NCBI GenBank assembly: GCA_963662655.2
Contig: CAXXTU010000002.1
Span: forward strand, 3,008,001 to 3,072,000
Origin: Candidatus Cloacimonadales bacterium
GTDB taxonomy: Bacteria; Cloacimonadota; Cloacimonadia; Cloacimonadales; JAIOQZ01
Direction: 5' to 3'
Length of the DNA stretch: 64,000 nt
The notes beneath the pieces are model-generated. The model worked only from the letters and a program-made list of their open reading frames with translations, was not told where the DNA came from and did no database searches. Positions within the stretch are counted from its first letter, which is position 1, and each line of letters begins with the position of its first letter. The position numbers and the translations under genes are program-made. Shown here piece after piece: positions 39,684-48,726 of this stretch.

Positions 39684-40006
39684 AAGCTACTCTCTGAACG
39701 TGATCGTTAAAAAGGCATGATTTTCGATACGAGGTGAATGTCAAGGTATTTCTTTACAGACAGTTATGGCCATTTCAACGAATGAAGAAGCAGACAGGAA
39801 CAAATTCCCATAAGGTGCGGAGGAATCGTCATTTAACTTTCGGCATGCATCCGGTACGCCCCCCATTGCCCGATTCGCATTCCTCCATATCGATTTTGCT
39901 TGCGCATAAATCAATTTGATATTTTTTTAATTGATCTGTCGGTGGAAGCCGACTAGATAGCGGCGGATGCGGATAAAATCTTTTTATAGATTGCTCGGAA
40001 GCCGAA

Positions 40007-40043
40007 TGTACGATTGCGTACAATCTTTGTTCATGCAGGAACA
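40007..40043. promoter_or_regulatory. tandem palindromic sites, putative enhancer for a sigma-54 activator
   Basis: TGTACG-attg-CGTACA (40007-40022) and TGTTCa-tgca-gGAACA (40028-40043); starts are 21 bp apart. Confidence 0.6.
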
Positions 40044-40095
40044 TGAAAAACTTGACGATTGTGTGTAAAAGCTTGTTATAAGCACAAATTGTCAA

Positions 40096-40111
40096 TGGAA
40101 CGGCAAATGCA
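40096..40111 (+). promoter_or_regulatory. sigma-54 (-24/-12) promoter
   Basis: TGGAACGGCAAATGCA has GG-N10-GC spacing and ends about 30 bp upstream of ATG 40144. Confidence 0.65.
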
Positions 40112-40143
40112 ATCAGATAAGCATTCCCAAGGAAAGGTACCGT

Positions 40144-41418
40144 ATGGATCAAAATGAAGTCAGCGGCATGGATCGCATAATTGAAAAGAAGAAATGGACT
40201 CTGAAGAAGCTGTCGATCATCGCACTATCGGCAGTGTTCCTGATATTTATCGTCTATCAGATATTCTTCGCGGATCGAAGCGTAAAGCTCAATGTTCAAA
40301 CGGATCGGATATCGATTGAAGAAGTGAAAAAAGACTATTTTCTGGATAACATCACCATAACGGGAACTGTTCAGCCGATCGTTACCGTGTATCTGGATGC
40401 ACTCGAGGGCGGACGCGTGGAAGAAATCCTCATCGAGGAAGGCACCGACGTCAAGGAAGGCGATACAATCCTGAAGCTCAGTAACACCAATCTACACATG
40501 AGCATCATGAACCGTGAGGCGGAGCTCGCGGACCAGATGAACAACCTCCGCAGCACACGTCTTTCGATGGAGCAGAACAAGCTGGATCTCAAGAAACAGC
40601 TTCTTGAAAACCGCTATCTCCTGACGAACGCGAAGCGGGAATTCGAGCAGGCTAAAGCGCTTCACGAAAAGAACTTCATCTCGCCCGAAGAGTTCCGGGA
40701 AGCCGAGGATGATTACCGTTACCTCCAGCAAAAACTCAATCTGGTAATCGAGACCCAGAAGCAGGATTCGCTCTTCCGGCAGGTTCAAATCGAGCAGCTC
40801 GAGGATTCCGTCGAGCGGATGGAGGAAAACTTGCGCCTGGTGCGTACGAAGCTGGAGAACCTCAACGTGAAGGCGCCCGTCAACGGTCAGCTTGCCTGGA
40901 TCAACGCTGAAATTGGAGAAGCGAAATCGGAAGGGGAGCGGCTCGGGCAGATCAACATCCTGGATTCCTACAAGATTCGCGCGGAGATCGACGAGCATTA
41001 CATTTCGCGAGTGGTACGAGGATTGCGTGGTGATTTCGAGTTCGACGGCGAAGATTACGAACTGCAATTGACGAAGATTCACGCTGAAGTGAACGACGGA
41101 CGGTTCGATGTCGATCTGACGTTCAAGGATGATCTTCCCCCCAAGATGCGCATCGGACAAACGTTCCGCGTGAAGCTGGAACTGGGTGAACCTCGCATGG
41201 GAATCTTGATTCCGCGCGGCGGATTTTTCCAGACGACGGGCGGCCAGTGGATATTCGTGGTCGATGAAAGCGGAGAGTACGCGGTCAAGCGCGATATCCG
41301 CATCAACCGGCAAAATTCCAAATATTACGAGGTATCCGAGGGACTCGAACCGGGTGAAAAGGTGGTTGTTTCCTCGTACGATAACTTTGGCGACGTTGAT
41401 AAATTGATACTTAAATAA
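40144..41418 (+). CDS. efflux periplasmic adaptor subunit (MacA/HlyD-like)
   Basis: N-terminal TM, lipoyl half-motifs (GGRVEEILIEEG; VKAPVNGQL), long alpha-hairpin and EGLEPGEKVV. Confidence 0.9.
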   Translation: MDQNEVSGMDRIIEKKKWTLKKLSIIALSAVFLIFIVYQIFFADRSVKLNVQTDRISIEEVKKDYFLDNITITGTVQPIVTVYLDALEGGRVEEILIEEGTDVKEGDTILKLSNTNLHMSIMNREAELADQMNNLRSTRLSMEQNKLDLKKQLLENRYLLTNAKREFEQAKALHEKNFISPEEFREAEDDYRYLQQKLNLVIETQKQDSLFRQVQIEQLEDSVERMEENLRLVRTKLENLNVKAPVNGQLAWINAEIGEAKSEGERLGQINILDSYKIRAEIDEHYISRVVRGLRGDFEFDGEDYELQLTKIHAEVNDGRFDVDLTFKDDLPPKMRIGQTFRVKLELGEPRMGILIPRGGFFQTTGGQWIFVVDESGEYAVKRDIRINRQNSKYYEVSEGLEPGEKVVVSSYDNFGDVDKLILK

Positions 41419-41439
41419 TTGAAATACCCTGGAGGCAAC

Positions 41440-42129
41440 ATGATCAAGACAGATAATCTTACAAAGGTGTACCGGACGGATGAAGTTGAAACGACCGCTT
41501 TGAATCAGGTCTCGATCGAAATCGGCGATGGCGAGTTCGTATCCGTGATGGGCCCTTCCGGCTGCGGAAAATCGACCCTGTTGAACATTCTCGGCTTGCT
41601 GGATTCACCCACAAACGGCAAAATCGATTTCCTCGGACATGAGGTGGCCGGTTACAACGAGCGCAAGCGCACCAACCTGAGAAAATCGAACATCGGTTTC
41701 ATTTTCCAGAACTTCAACCTCATCGACGAGCTGACGGTCTACGAGAATGTCGAATTGCCGCTTCTGTATCTGAAAATGAGCGCTTCCGAGAGAAAGAAAC
41801 ACGTGGAAGCAGTGCTCGACAAGATGAAGATCGCTCATCGCAAGAAACACTTCCCCCAGCAGCTTTCCGGCGGTCAGCAGCAGCGTGTGGCAGTCGCCCG
41901 AGCGGTTGTAACCAATCCGAAGCTCATCCTGGCAGACGAGCCCACCGGTAATCTCGATTCGGGCCATAGCGAAGAAGTGATGGAACTTCTCTCCGGTCTT
42001 CACAAAGAGGGAACCACCATCGTGATGGTTACCCACTCTCCCACCGATGCGGAATACAGCGAACGGATCATTCATCTTTTCGACGGTCATGTTGTAACCA
42101 AGTCGGGCGAGAAGGAGTTCCACCTGTAA
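41440..42129 (+). CDS. ABC transporter ATP-binding protein (MacB/LolD-type)
   Basis: GPSGCGKST, LSGGQQQR, ADEPTGNLD and MVTH; GGAGG RBS. Confidence 0.93.
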   Translation: MIKTDNLTKVYRTDEVETTALNQVSIEIGDGEFVSVMGPSGCGKSTLLNILGLLDSPTNGKIDFLGHEVAGYNERKRTNLRKSNIGFIFQNFNLIDELTVYENVELPLLYLKMSASERKKHVEAVLDKMKIAHRKKHFPQQLSGGQQQRVAVARAVVTNPKLILADEPTGNLDSGHSEEVMELLSGLHKEGTTIVMVTHSPTDAEYSERIIHLFDGHVVTKSGEKEFHL

Positions 42130-42191
42130 TCCGAAGTAATATATGCCTTTACTGATCTGATCTTCTTCATTGGCATCAACAGGGAGCGTAT

Positions 42192-44627
42192 ATGCTGAAA
42201 AACTACCTGATTGTGGCTTTTCGTAATCTCAAGCGTAATAAATTTTACTCTGTCATTAACATCCTTGGCCTCGCGATTGGCTTGACCTGCATGATTTTAA
42301 TCATGCTCTACGTCAACGATGAGCTATCGTACGACAAGCATCATCTGAACCACGAGAGGGTCTACCGCCTCGAGTCTCATTTCACCATACAGGACAAGGA
42401 TGACTATTTCGCGCTCAATTCACTTCCATTCGCGCAAGCGATGAAGGATGAATACCCCGAGGTCGAGGAGATCGTACGCTTCAGGGAAAAAGCCAACACG
42501 ATGTTCAAGCTCGGCGAGAAGCAGTTCTTCGAAAATGCAATATTCTTTGCCGATTCAACCGTTTTCAAGGTGTTTACGTATCCCTTTATCTATGGCGATC
42601 CTGCAACAGCTCTCACCAAGCCGCGTACGATCGTGATTACGAAATCGATGTCCGAGAGGTTTTTCGGGAGCGCCAACCCCATAGGTGAAGAACTCGAGAC
42701 CGGATCCAGGCAAAAGCTTACGGTGACGGGTGTTATCGAGGACCTGCCCAAGAACTCTCACGTGCTGTTCAACGCGCTCATCTCCATGAAGACGCTCGAA
42801 GCCTTCTACGGCCCGGAGCGCTTCGATACGGGAAATCCCGGCAATTTCTGGAATATCGGCTATATGGCCTTCATGATGGTGAAGGAGGGAACCGATCCCC
42901 AGATTTTCTACGATCGTTTTCCCGATTTCTACGACAAATACATGCGAGCTGTCGGCGATGCGATCAACTCCAGCTATGAGCTGATGCTGACGCCCCTGGC
43001 CGATATCCACTTGCACTCCCGGCTCGATTGGGACCTCCCCACCGGGAATATCGTTTATGTGAGGATTTTCAGCATCGTCGGATTGTTCCTGCTCATTATT
43101 GCCTGTATCAACTATATGAACATGGCCACGGCTCGCGCAACGAGAAGAGCGCGCGAAGTGGGCATCCGCAAGGCCGTGGGCGGGGGACGCGGAAGTCTCG
43201 TAAGGCAGTTCCTGGGCGAATCCGTTCTTATGGCGCTGATATCTCTCGTTCTGGCGATCATTCTCGCGGAACTGCTGATTCCCATATTTAGCCAGATGAC
43301 GGACAAACAGATCACCTTCAATCCGTTCGAGAGGCCGATGCTCAGCCTCGCAATCGTCGGGTTGACCTTGTTTGTCGGATTGGTTGCCGGCAGTTATCCG
43401 GCGTTTTACCTGTCGGCTTTCAAGCCGGTTCAGGTTCTCAAGGCGTCGGCGCTCTCCACCAGGCGGGGAAGCACGCTGAGAAAGCTTCTGGTTTTCATGC
43501 AATTCACCATCTCGGTAGTGATGATTATCGGCACGCTGATTGTCATCGGGCAGATCAATTACCTGAAAACGAAGCCGCTGGGCTACGCGAAGGATAACAT
43601 TGTGTATTTTGAGGTAAGGGATACGGTGATTTCCAGGCAGATACCGAACCTGAAAGAGGAATTCAAGAACAATCCGAACATCCTGGGAACCGGGGCATCC
43701 AATTCCGTCCCGGGTGAGGAAACCGCGAAGCTGGTTATATTCGTTGAAAGCGAAGATGGCTACAAAGAAGAGCCGATGAACCTGATCTGGGTCGACAACG
43801 ATTATCTCCCGTTGCTGGAGTATCAGCTCGTCGAAGGTCGCTACTTCGACGAGGAGATGAAGACCGATATGGAGCAGGGGATTCTGATCAACGAGACCTT
43901 CGCTCGCGAATACAACTGGATGGATGATCCGCTGGGTAAGAAAATCAGCTTTGGACGGGGAGACGACGGTTCGTACGAAATTGAACTGAGCGTGATCGGC
44001 GTTCTGAAGGACTTCAATTACCGGACGCTCCACAACAATATTGAGCCCCTGGCAATACTCCTTGGCGGGGAGGGCGCAGCCATGGGGAACCTTTCCCGCA
44101 TGTATGTGAAGATTTCGGCGGAGAACACCGCGGAGACCATCCAGTACATGAAGGAAGCGTGGGAGAAGCACATCAAGGAATACCCGTTCCAGTTCAAGTT
44201 CCTGGAAGATTCCTTGAATACCCTGTACGAGTCGGAACGCAGGCTCGGCTTGATTTTCAGCTATCTGGCGTTCCTGTGTATCTTAATCGCGTGTATGGGA
44301 TTGCTCGGACTTTCCGTATTCATCACGGAGCAGCGAACCAAGGAGATTGGCATCCGCAAGGTGATGGGCGCGGAGGTCGGGAATATTTTCATCCTGCTCG
44401 TGAAGGGATTTATGACCCTGGTGAGCGTTTCGACGCTCGTGGCCATGCCGATCGCCTGGGTTGCTCTCGACAAGTGGTTGCAGAATTTTGCCTACCAGGT
44501 GGAGATTAATTGGCTGTGGCTGATTGCCGGCGCAGGCATCGCAATTCTGATTGCTTTTCTGACCATCGCGCTTCAAGCTTTGAGGGCGGCGAGATCGAAT
44601 CCGGTTAGTGCCTTGCAGTACGAATAA
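42192..44627 (+). CDS. MacB/FtsX-family ABC permease (double repeat)
   Basis: MLKNYL..AFRNL, ACINY.N, R.REVGIRKA.G, RTKEIGIRKVMGA and NPVSAL.YE. Confidence 0.92.
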   Translation: MLKNYLIVAFRNLKRNKFYSVINILGLAIGLTCMILIMLYVNDELSYDKHHLNHERVYRLESHFTIQDKDDYFALNSLPFAQAMKDEYPEVEEIVRFREKANTMFKLGEKQFFENAIFFADSTVFKVFTYPFIYGDPATALTKPRTIVITKSMSERFFGSANPIGEELETGSRQKLTVTGVIEDLPKNSHVLFNALISMKTLEAFYGPERFDTGNPGNFWNIGYMAFMMVKEGTDPQIFYDRFPDFYDKYMRAVGDAINSSYELMLTPLADIHLHSRLDWDLPTGNIVYVRIFSIVGLFLLIIACINYMNMATARATRRAREVGIRKAVGGGRGSLVRQFLGESVLMALISLVLAIILAELLIPIFSQMTDKQITFNPFERPMLSLAIVGLTLFVGLVAGSYPAFYLSAFKPVQVLKASALSTRRGSTLRKLLVFMQFTISVVMIIGTLIVIGQINYLKTKPLGYAKDNIVYFEVRDTVISRQIPNLKEEFKNNPNILGTGASNSVPGEETAKLVIFVESEDGYKEEPMNLIWVDNDYLPLLEYQLVEGRYFDEEMKTDMEQGILINETFAREYNWMDDPLGKKISFGRGDDGSYEIELSVIGVLKDFNYRTLHNNIEPLAILLGGEGAAMGNLSRMYVKISAENTAETIQYMKEAWEKHIKEYPFQFKFLEDSLNTLYESERRLGLIFSYLAFLCILIACMGLLGLSVFITEQRTKEIGIRKVMGAEVGNIFILLVKGFMTLVSVSTLVAMPIAWVALDKWLQNFAYQVEINWLWLIAGAGIAILIAFLTIALQALRAARSNPVSALQYE

Positions 44628-44704
44628 ACACTTTCTCTTGACAATTGATACATGAGTGGTGTTTAATTGTTCATTGGGGCTCATGACAATCGGAGGTTGA
44701 ATAC

Positions 44705-45418
44705 ATGATTCGGATGGAATCAATTACGAAATTATACAAGACGAAAGAGATTGAAACAGCAGCGTTGAAAGAAGTTAGCCTGGAGATTCGGAAAGGTGAA
44801 TTCGTGGCGGTGATGGGACCATCAGGTTGCGGAAAATCGACCCTTCTGAATATCATCGGGATGCTCGATTCTCCATCCTCGGGAAAATTCTGGTTTAGCG
44901 ATCAGGAGGTATCCAGCTACTCGGAAAGACGACGCACCAATATCCGTAAAATCAACATCGGTATCGTGTTCCAAAGCTTCAACCTTATCGACGAGCTTAC
45001 CGTATATCAGAATATCGAGCTTCCGCTCGTTTACTTGGGAATCAGAGGAAAGGATCGCAAGCGACGCGTTCGCGATATGCTGGATCGCATGAATATCGCA
45101 CCGCGAGCCAACCACTATCCGCTTCAGCTTTCGGGCGGTCAACAGCAGCGTGTGGCCGTGGCCCGTGCCGTGATCGCCAGCCCGAAAATGCTTCTCGCGG
45201 ACGAGCCGACCGGTAATCTCGACAGCGAACACGGTAAAGAGGTGATGAACCTGATCTCCGAATTGAACGAGGCAGGAACGACGGTTGTCATGGTTACCCA
45301 CTCGCCAACGCACGCCGCGTACAGCCATCGCATTCTGAACTTGTTCGACGGGAAGATTATCACGGAGAACATCCAGGACGGCAAGAGGGCCGCAAGCCAG
45401 GACAATCGATTCTTTTAA
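44705..45418 (+). CDS. second MacB/LolD-type ABC ATP-binding protein
   Basis: Same motifs as 41440-42129 (close paralog); its own TTGACA at 44638. Confidence 0.92.
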   Translation: MIRMESITKLYKTKEIETAALKEVSLEIRKGEFVAVMGPSGCGKSTLLNIIGMLDSPSSGKFWFSDQEVSSYSERRRTNIRKINIGIVFQSFNLIDELTVYQNIELPLVYLGIRGKDRKRRVRDMLDRMNIAPRANHYPLQLSGGQQQRVAVARAVIASPKMLLADEPTGNLDSEHGKEVMNLISELNEAGTTVVMVTHSPTHAAYSHRILNLFDGKIITENIQDGKRAASQDNRFF

Positions 45419-45432
45419 ATAGACTATCTTCT

Positions 45433-45468
45433 CAAAAAAAAGAGCCTGATTCGCATCAGGCTCTTCTC
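45433..45468. terminator. terminator between convergent genes
   Basis: AAGAGCCTGAT-tcgc-ATCAGGCTCTT with an A-run on the left (U-tract for the minus strand). Confidence 0.75.
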
Positions 45469-45502
45469 CATTATCCATAGCCCCTTGCAGGGCATCACGT
45501 TG

Positions 45503-48500
45503 TTATTTCAGCATAACCATCTTCTTGACGGATACGTAGGTCTTCCCGTGGAGTGCGTAAACGTAAACACCCGTTCCAACCTGCTTGCCGGAGTCGTCTC
45601 TACCGTCCCATGAAATCTGATGCGGGCCTGCTTGCATTCGTGAAGAAGCAAGCGTTCGGACTTTCTGCCCAAGCGTGTTGTAGACTGTGAGATTCACATG
45701 CTGTTCCGTTGCCAGCTCGAAGCTGATAACGGTCGTCGGGTTGAATGGATTGGGGCATGCGCCGATAAGCCGCGTTGTGAATTCGGGCGTGCTGCTATCA
45801 TCGTTGGATACAATCTCCGCCTCGACGACATTCGAAGGATCCGATTCGGTTCCCCGATACATCGCCGTAACGCAGTAATGATAGACTCCCGCAGCCATAT
45901 CTTCATCGGTATAGGTGAGGGTCTCGCTGCCGGAGAGCTCCGCAATCATTTCATCTTCGCAATACACTCTGAAGCCAGTCAGGTCGTTGCGTGCAAGCGT
46001 CTTGGACGAAGAATCGTTCATTCGAAGGGCACGGTCGGACGGCATATCCCATGTGAGGATGATGTTGCAATTATCTTCGATATCAGCCGAAAGGTTCAAC
46101 GGAGGCATTGGGAGCCATATTGTGGCTTCCGCTTCGTTCGAAACCGGTGAATTGCCTTCTTCATAGGTTGCGGAGACCGTGTACAGGTACGTCCCGTTTG
46201 CAAGGCCTTCGTCGAGGTACTCGAGCGTCTCGGAATCTTCGATTTCGCTGATCAGTTCTTCATCGCGGTAGACCTTGTATCCCAGGACTTCGTCGGAGTC
46301 GCTTGGCGCGATCCATTGAAGCTGGACGTTGTTGCCGTTTTCCGAATGAGCGGTAAGCTCTGTGGGGGGGTACAACGACGGTGGAAGGATGATGTAATCG
46401 ATCCAGGCGCAGTCCTCGCCTTCCGTTGAGTTGTTGACCTTCAGGTAACGCCAGGCAATTGTATGTGCACCGTATGAGATCGGGAATGACGAGAAGCTCC
46501 AGTCGATTTCACCGTCCCAGCGTCCCATTTCTTCGTCGTCGATCAGGAAGACGAGCCTGTCCAGGTTGTCGTTCTCGTCGTCTTCGCATGAAACTTTCTT
46601 GGCGAAGGTCACTTCGCTTTCATACGGAATGTAGACATCGAGGCATAGTTCGGTGTAGAAGTATCCCGGGATCTCAGCGCTACGGGCCGAATAAGCGCCT
46701 TCCAGAGCTTGGGAATCGTCCACGTACCATGGAACCTGCGAGTTGTAGTACCATTCGAACATGGACAGATCGCCGCTCTCGAAGCTTTCGCTGGATTCGG
46801 CGAGCGTGGTGAATGTCCAGGTGTTGCCCTCGGTGTAGCCATGAACGTTAACGGCGTCGATTCGCCAGTAGTATTGTGTTCCGAACTCGAGCAGGCCGTC
46901 GAGGTTGTAGGACGTATCGGTGGTTTGTTCGCCGTTGAGGATGTTGGTGGGCGGGTATTCCGTTCCCAGATAGACCATGTAGTATTCGGCTGGATTCCCA
47001 CCGCCATCGTGCCACTGAATATCTGTTCCTGAGTGGGTGTAAACACATTCGTTTTCGGGAATCGGGTGGATCGGAGCGTAAGGCGGCATATCCGGGGGAG
47101 TTGTCGCTTCGACGGCCAGCAGGGCGTCAACCCGACCCGAGCCGTAGGTGTTGTCCTTCTCGTCCGTGATAACATAGCGGTTGTTCTCGAGGATCTGATC
47201 GATCTCTTCCGGCATGAGGTACTCGTTTTTATCCAGCATGAGTGCGATAACACCCGCGACGCACGGAGTCGCCATGGAGGTTCCGTCCCAGCCGTCGGCA
47301 TAGCCCGTATTGCTGCTGTAATCGAGTGATTTGATGTTTGCCCCCGGCGCAACGATATCGGGGCGTATCAGCCCGATTTCGACGACGTCGTTCGGCGTGT
47401 AGGGGTAATCCCCATAGGTATTGACATCTTCCCACGTACACGGACCACGGCTCGAGAAGTTCGCAATCGTGTTGCCGCTGTTGGTTGCGCCTACGCAAAC
47501 AACGCACGAGAGATCGCCCTCGAGCGTTTGATCGGGATGCAACCACGGAGGAGGGCAGCAACCGGGAACGCGTACGTTATGCGGAACCGGATACCAGCCT
47601 GTATAATCGCCTTCATTACCGGCAGCGACTGCTCCGGTAACGCCGGCTGCAAGCGTGTTGACCATCGTGTCGCGCCAGCTCTCATAATCGGGGTTGGAAC
47701 TGTCCGTCCAGCCAAGCGACATGCTAAATGCGTTCGCGCCGTGCTCTACGGCGAATTCGACCGCCTCCCATACATCGGATTCCTGGCCGTTTCCCGAACC
47801 TGTCAGAACCTTGAGGCACATAATGGTTGCATCGGGCGCCATGCCGGTTTGCGATCCGGAGGTTCCGTCGCCGGCTACAGTTCCCGCGCAGTGGGTTCCG
47901 TGACCGTTGTCGTCCATGGGATTCGTGTCGTTATTGGCAAAGTCGTAGCCGTGGTTCGGATAGTCTTCGTCTTCCCATACGTGATCCGAGAGGTCGGTGT
48001 GATTGTAGTTCACGCCGGTATCGATAACGGCGATGGTAATCCCCTCGCCGGTATATCCGAGATCCCACACCTGATGGGCGTTGACATTGGTGACGTTCCA
48101 GGTTATTTCCCGCTGACCGTCTACAATTCGCGAGTTCTGCCATTCGCGGGGATCAAGGAGATTCTGCTCGTTGTCCCAATCGATCCTGCGGATATCCGCG
48201 CGCCCGGCGAGCGATTCGATCGCTTCCGCCGTTGCGTCGCAAAGAATAACATTCGCAATCCACAGTGAGCGGACGTCGCTAACGTTTCCGCGGTTCGACA
48301 GGAGTGTTTGCTTGATTTCCCGCTGCGTGTAACTTGAAAAATTCTTCAATTCGTCAACAACGTATTGTCTCCGTTGCTGCACCGGTAAAGCTCTTGATTC
48401 GGCCAATAATTGTGCCGATGGCGTGCGCTCGGACAGCGCAATGATAATCGGAATCATTTCATCGGAAGAGGTTGAAAGCATCTTCTCTTGCAGTTCTGTG

Positions 48501-48583
48501 GTGAGCGTTGCTTCAGGCAGTGCAAACAACGATGCAAAAAAAGACATCGTAATGAACACTGTTACGATCATTCGTTTTAACAT
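45503..48583 (-). CDS. S8 (subtilisin-like) serine peptidase with FN3-like domains and a FlgD-Ig/T9SS-type CTD
   Basis: Catalytic triad IAVIDTG, HGTHCAG and GTSMATP; signal peptide plus prodomain; PNPFNP...KKMVMLK; AAGGAG RBS. Confidence 0.93.
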   Translation of the reverse strand: MLKRMIVTVFITMSFFASLFALPEATLTTELQEKMLSTSSDEMIPIIIALSERTPSAQLLAESRALPVQQRRQYVVDELKNFSSYTQREIKQTLLSNRGNVSDVRSLWIANVILCDATAEAIESLAGRADIRRIDWDNEQNLLDPREWQNSRIVDGQREITWNVTNVNAHQVWDLGYTGEGITIAVIDTGVNYNHTDLSDHVWEDEDYPNHGYDFANNDTNPMDDNGHGTHCAGTVAGDGTSGSQTGMAPDATIMCLKVLTGSGNGQESDVWEAVEFAVEHGANAFSMSLGWTDSSNPDYESWRDTMVNTLAAGVTGAVAAGNEGDYTGWYPVPHNVRVPGCCPPPWLHPDQTLEGDLSCVVCVGATNSGNTIANFSSRGPCTWEDVNTYGDYPYTPNDVVEIGLIRPDIVAPGANIKSLDYSSNTGYADGWDGTSMATPCVAGVIALMLDKNEYLMPEEIDQILENNRYVITDEKDNTYGSGRVDALLAVEATTPPDMPPYAPIHPIPENECVYTHSGTDIQWHDGGGNPAEYYMVYLGTEYPPTNILNGEQTTDTSYNLDGLLEFGTQYYWRIDAVNVHGYTEGNTWTFTTLAESSESFESGDLSMFEWYYNSQVPWYVDDSQALEGAYSARSAEIPGYFYTELCLDVYIPYESEVTFAKKVSCEDDENDNLDRLVFLIDDEEMGRWDGEIDWSFSSFPISYGAHTIAWRYLKVNNSTEGEDCAWIDYIILPPSLYPPTELTAHSENGNNVQLQWIAPSDSDEVLGYKVYRDEELISEIEDSETLEYLDEGLANGTYLYTVSATYEEGNSPVSNEAEATIWLPMPPLNLSADIEDNCNIILTWDMPSDRALRMNDSSSKTLARNDLTGFRVYCEDEMIAELSGSETLTYTDEDMAAGVYHYCVTAMYRGTESDPSNVVEAEIVSNDDSSTPEFTTRLIGACPNPFNPTTVISFELATEQHVNLTVYNTLGQKVRTLASSRMQAGPHQISWDGRDDSGKQVGTGVYVYALHGKTYVSVKKMVMLK

Positions 48584-48679
48584 CTGGGACTCCTTACTTC
48601 TTATATATCGCAATAGACCGATTGCATATTTTGTTCCGATTACACCGATAGTGAGACGACTGAAATTGTAAAGAAATAA

Positions 48680-48707
48680 GAAAAAGGCTGGCGAAAAGCC
48701 AGCCTTT
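48680..48707 (-). terminator. intrinsic terminator (near-identical to the one at 50835-50862)
   Basis: AAAGGCTGGC-loop-GCCAGCCTTT followed by a T-run on the minus strand. Confidence 0.8.
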
Positions 48708-48726
48708 CATAATGAAGCCGTCTGAA

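Noticed and set aside
39829..40152. 107-aa minus-strand ORF in the divergent intergenic region
   Set aside because: No recognisable motif, and it overlaps the sigma-54 promoter elements.
21530..44171. Long antisense or alternative-frame ORFs (21530-22822, 27971-29269, 31600-32592, 42555-44171)
   Set aside because: Shadows of well-supported genes on the opposite strand, expected from GC-rich codon bias.
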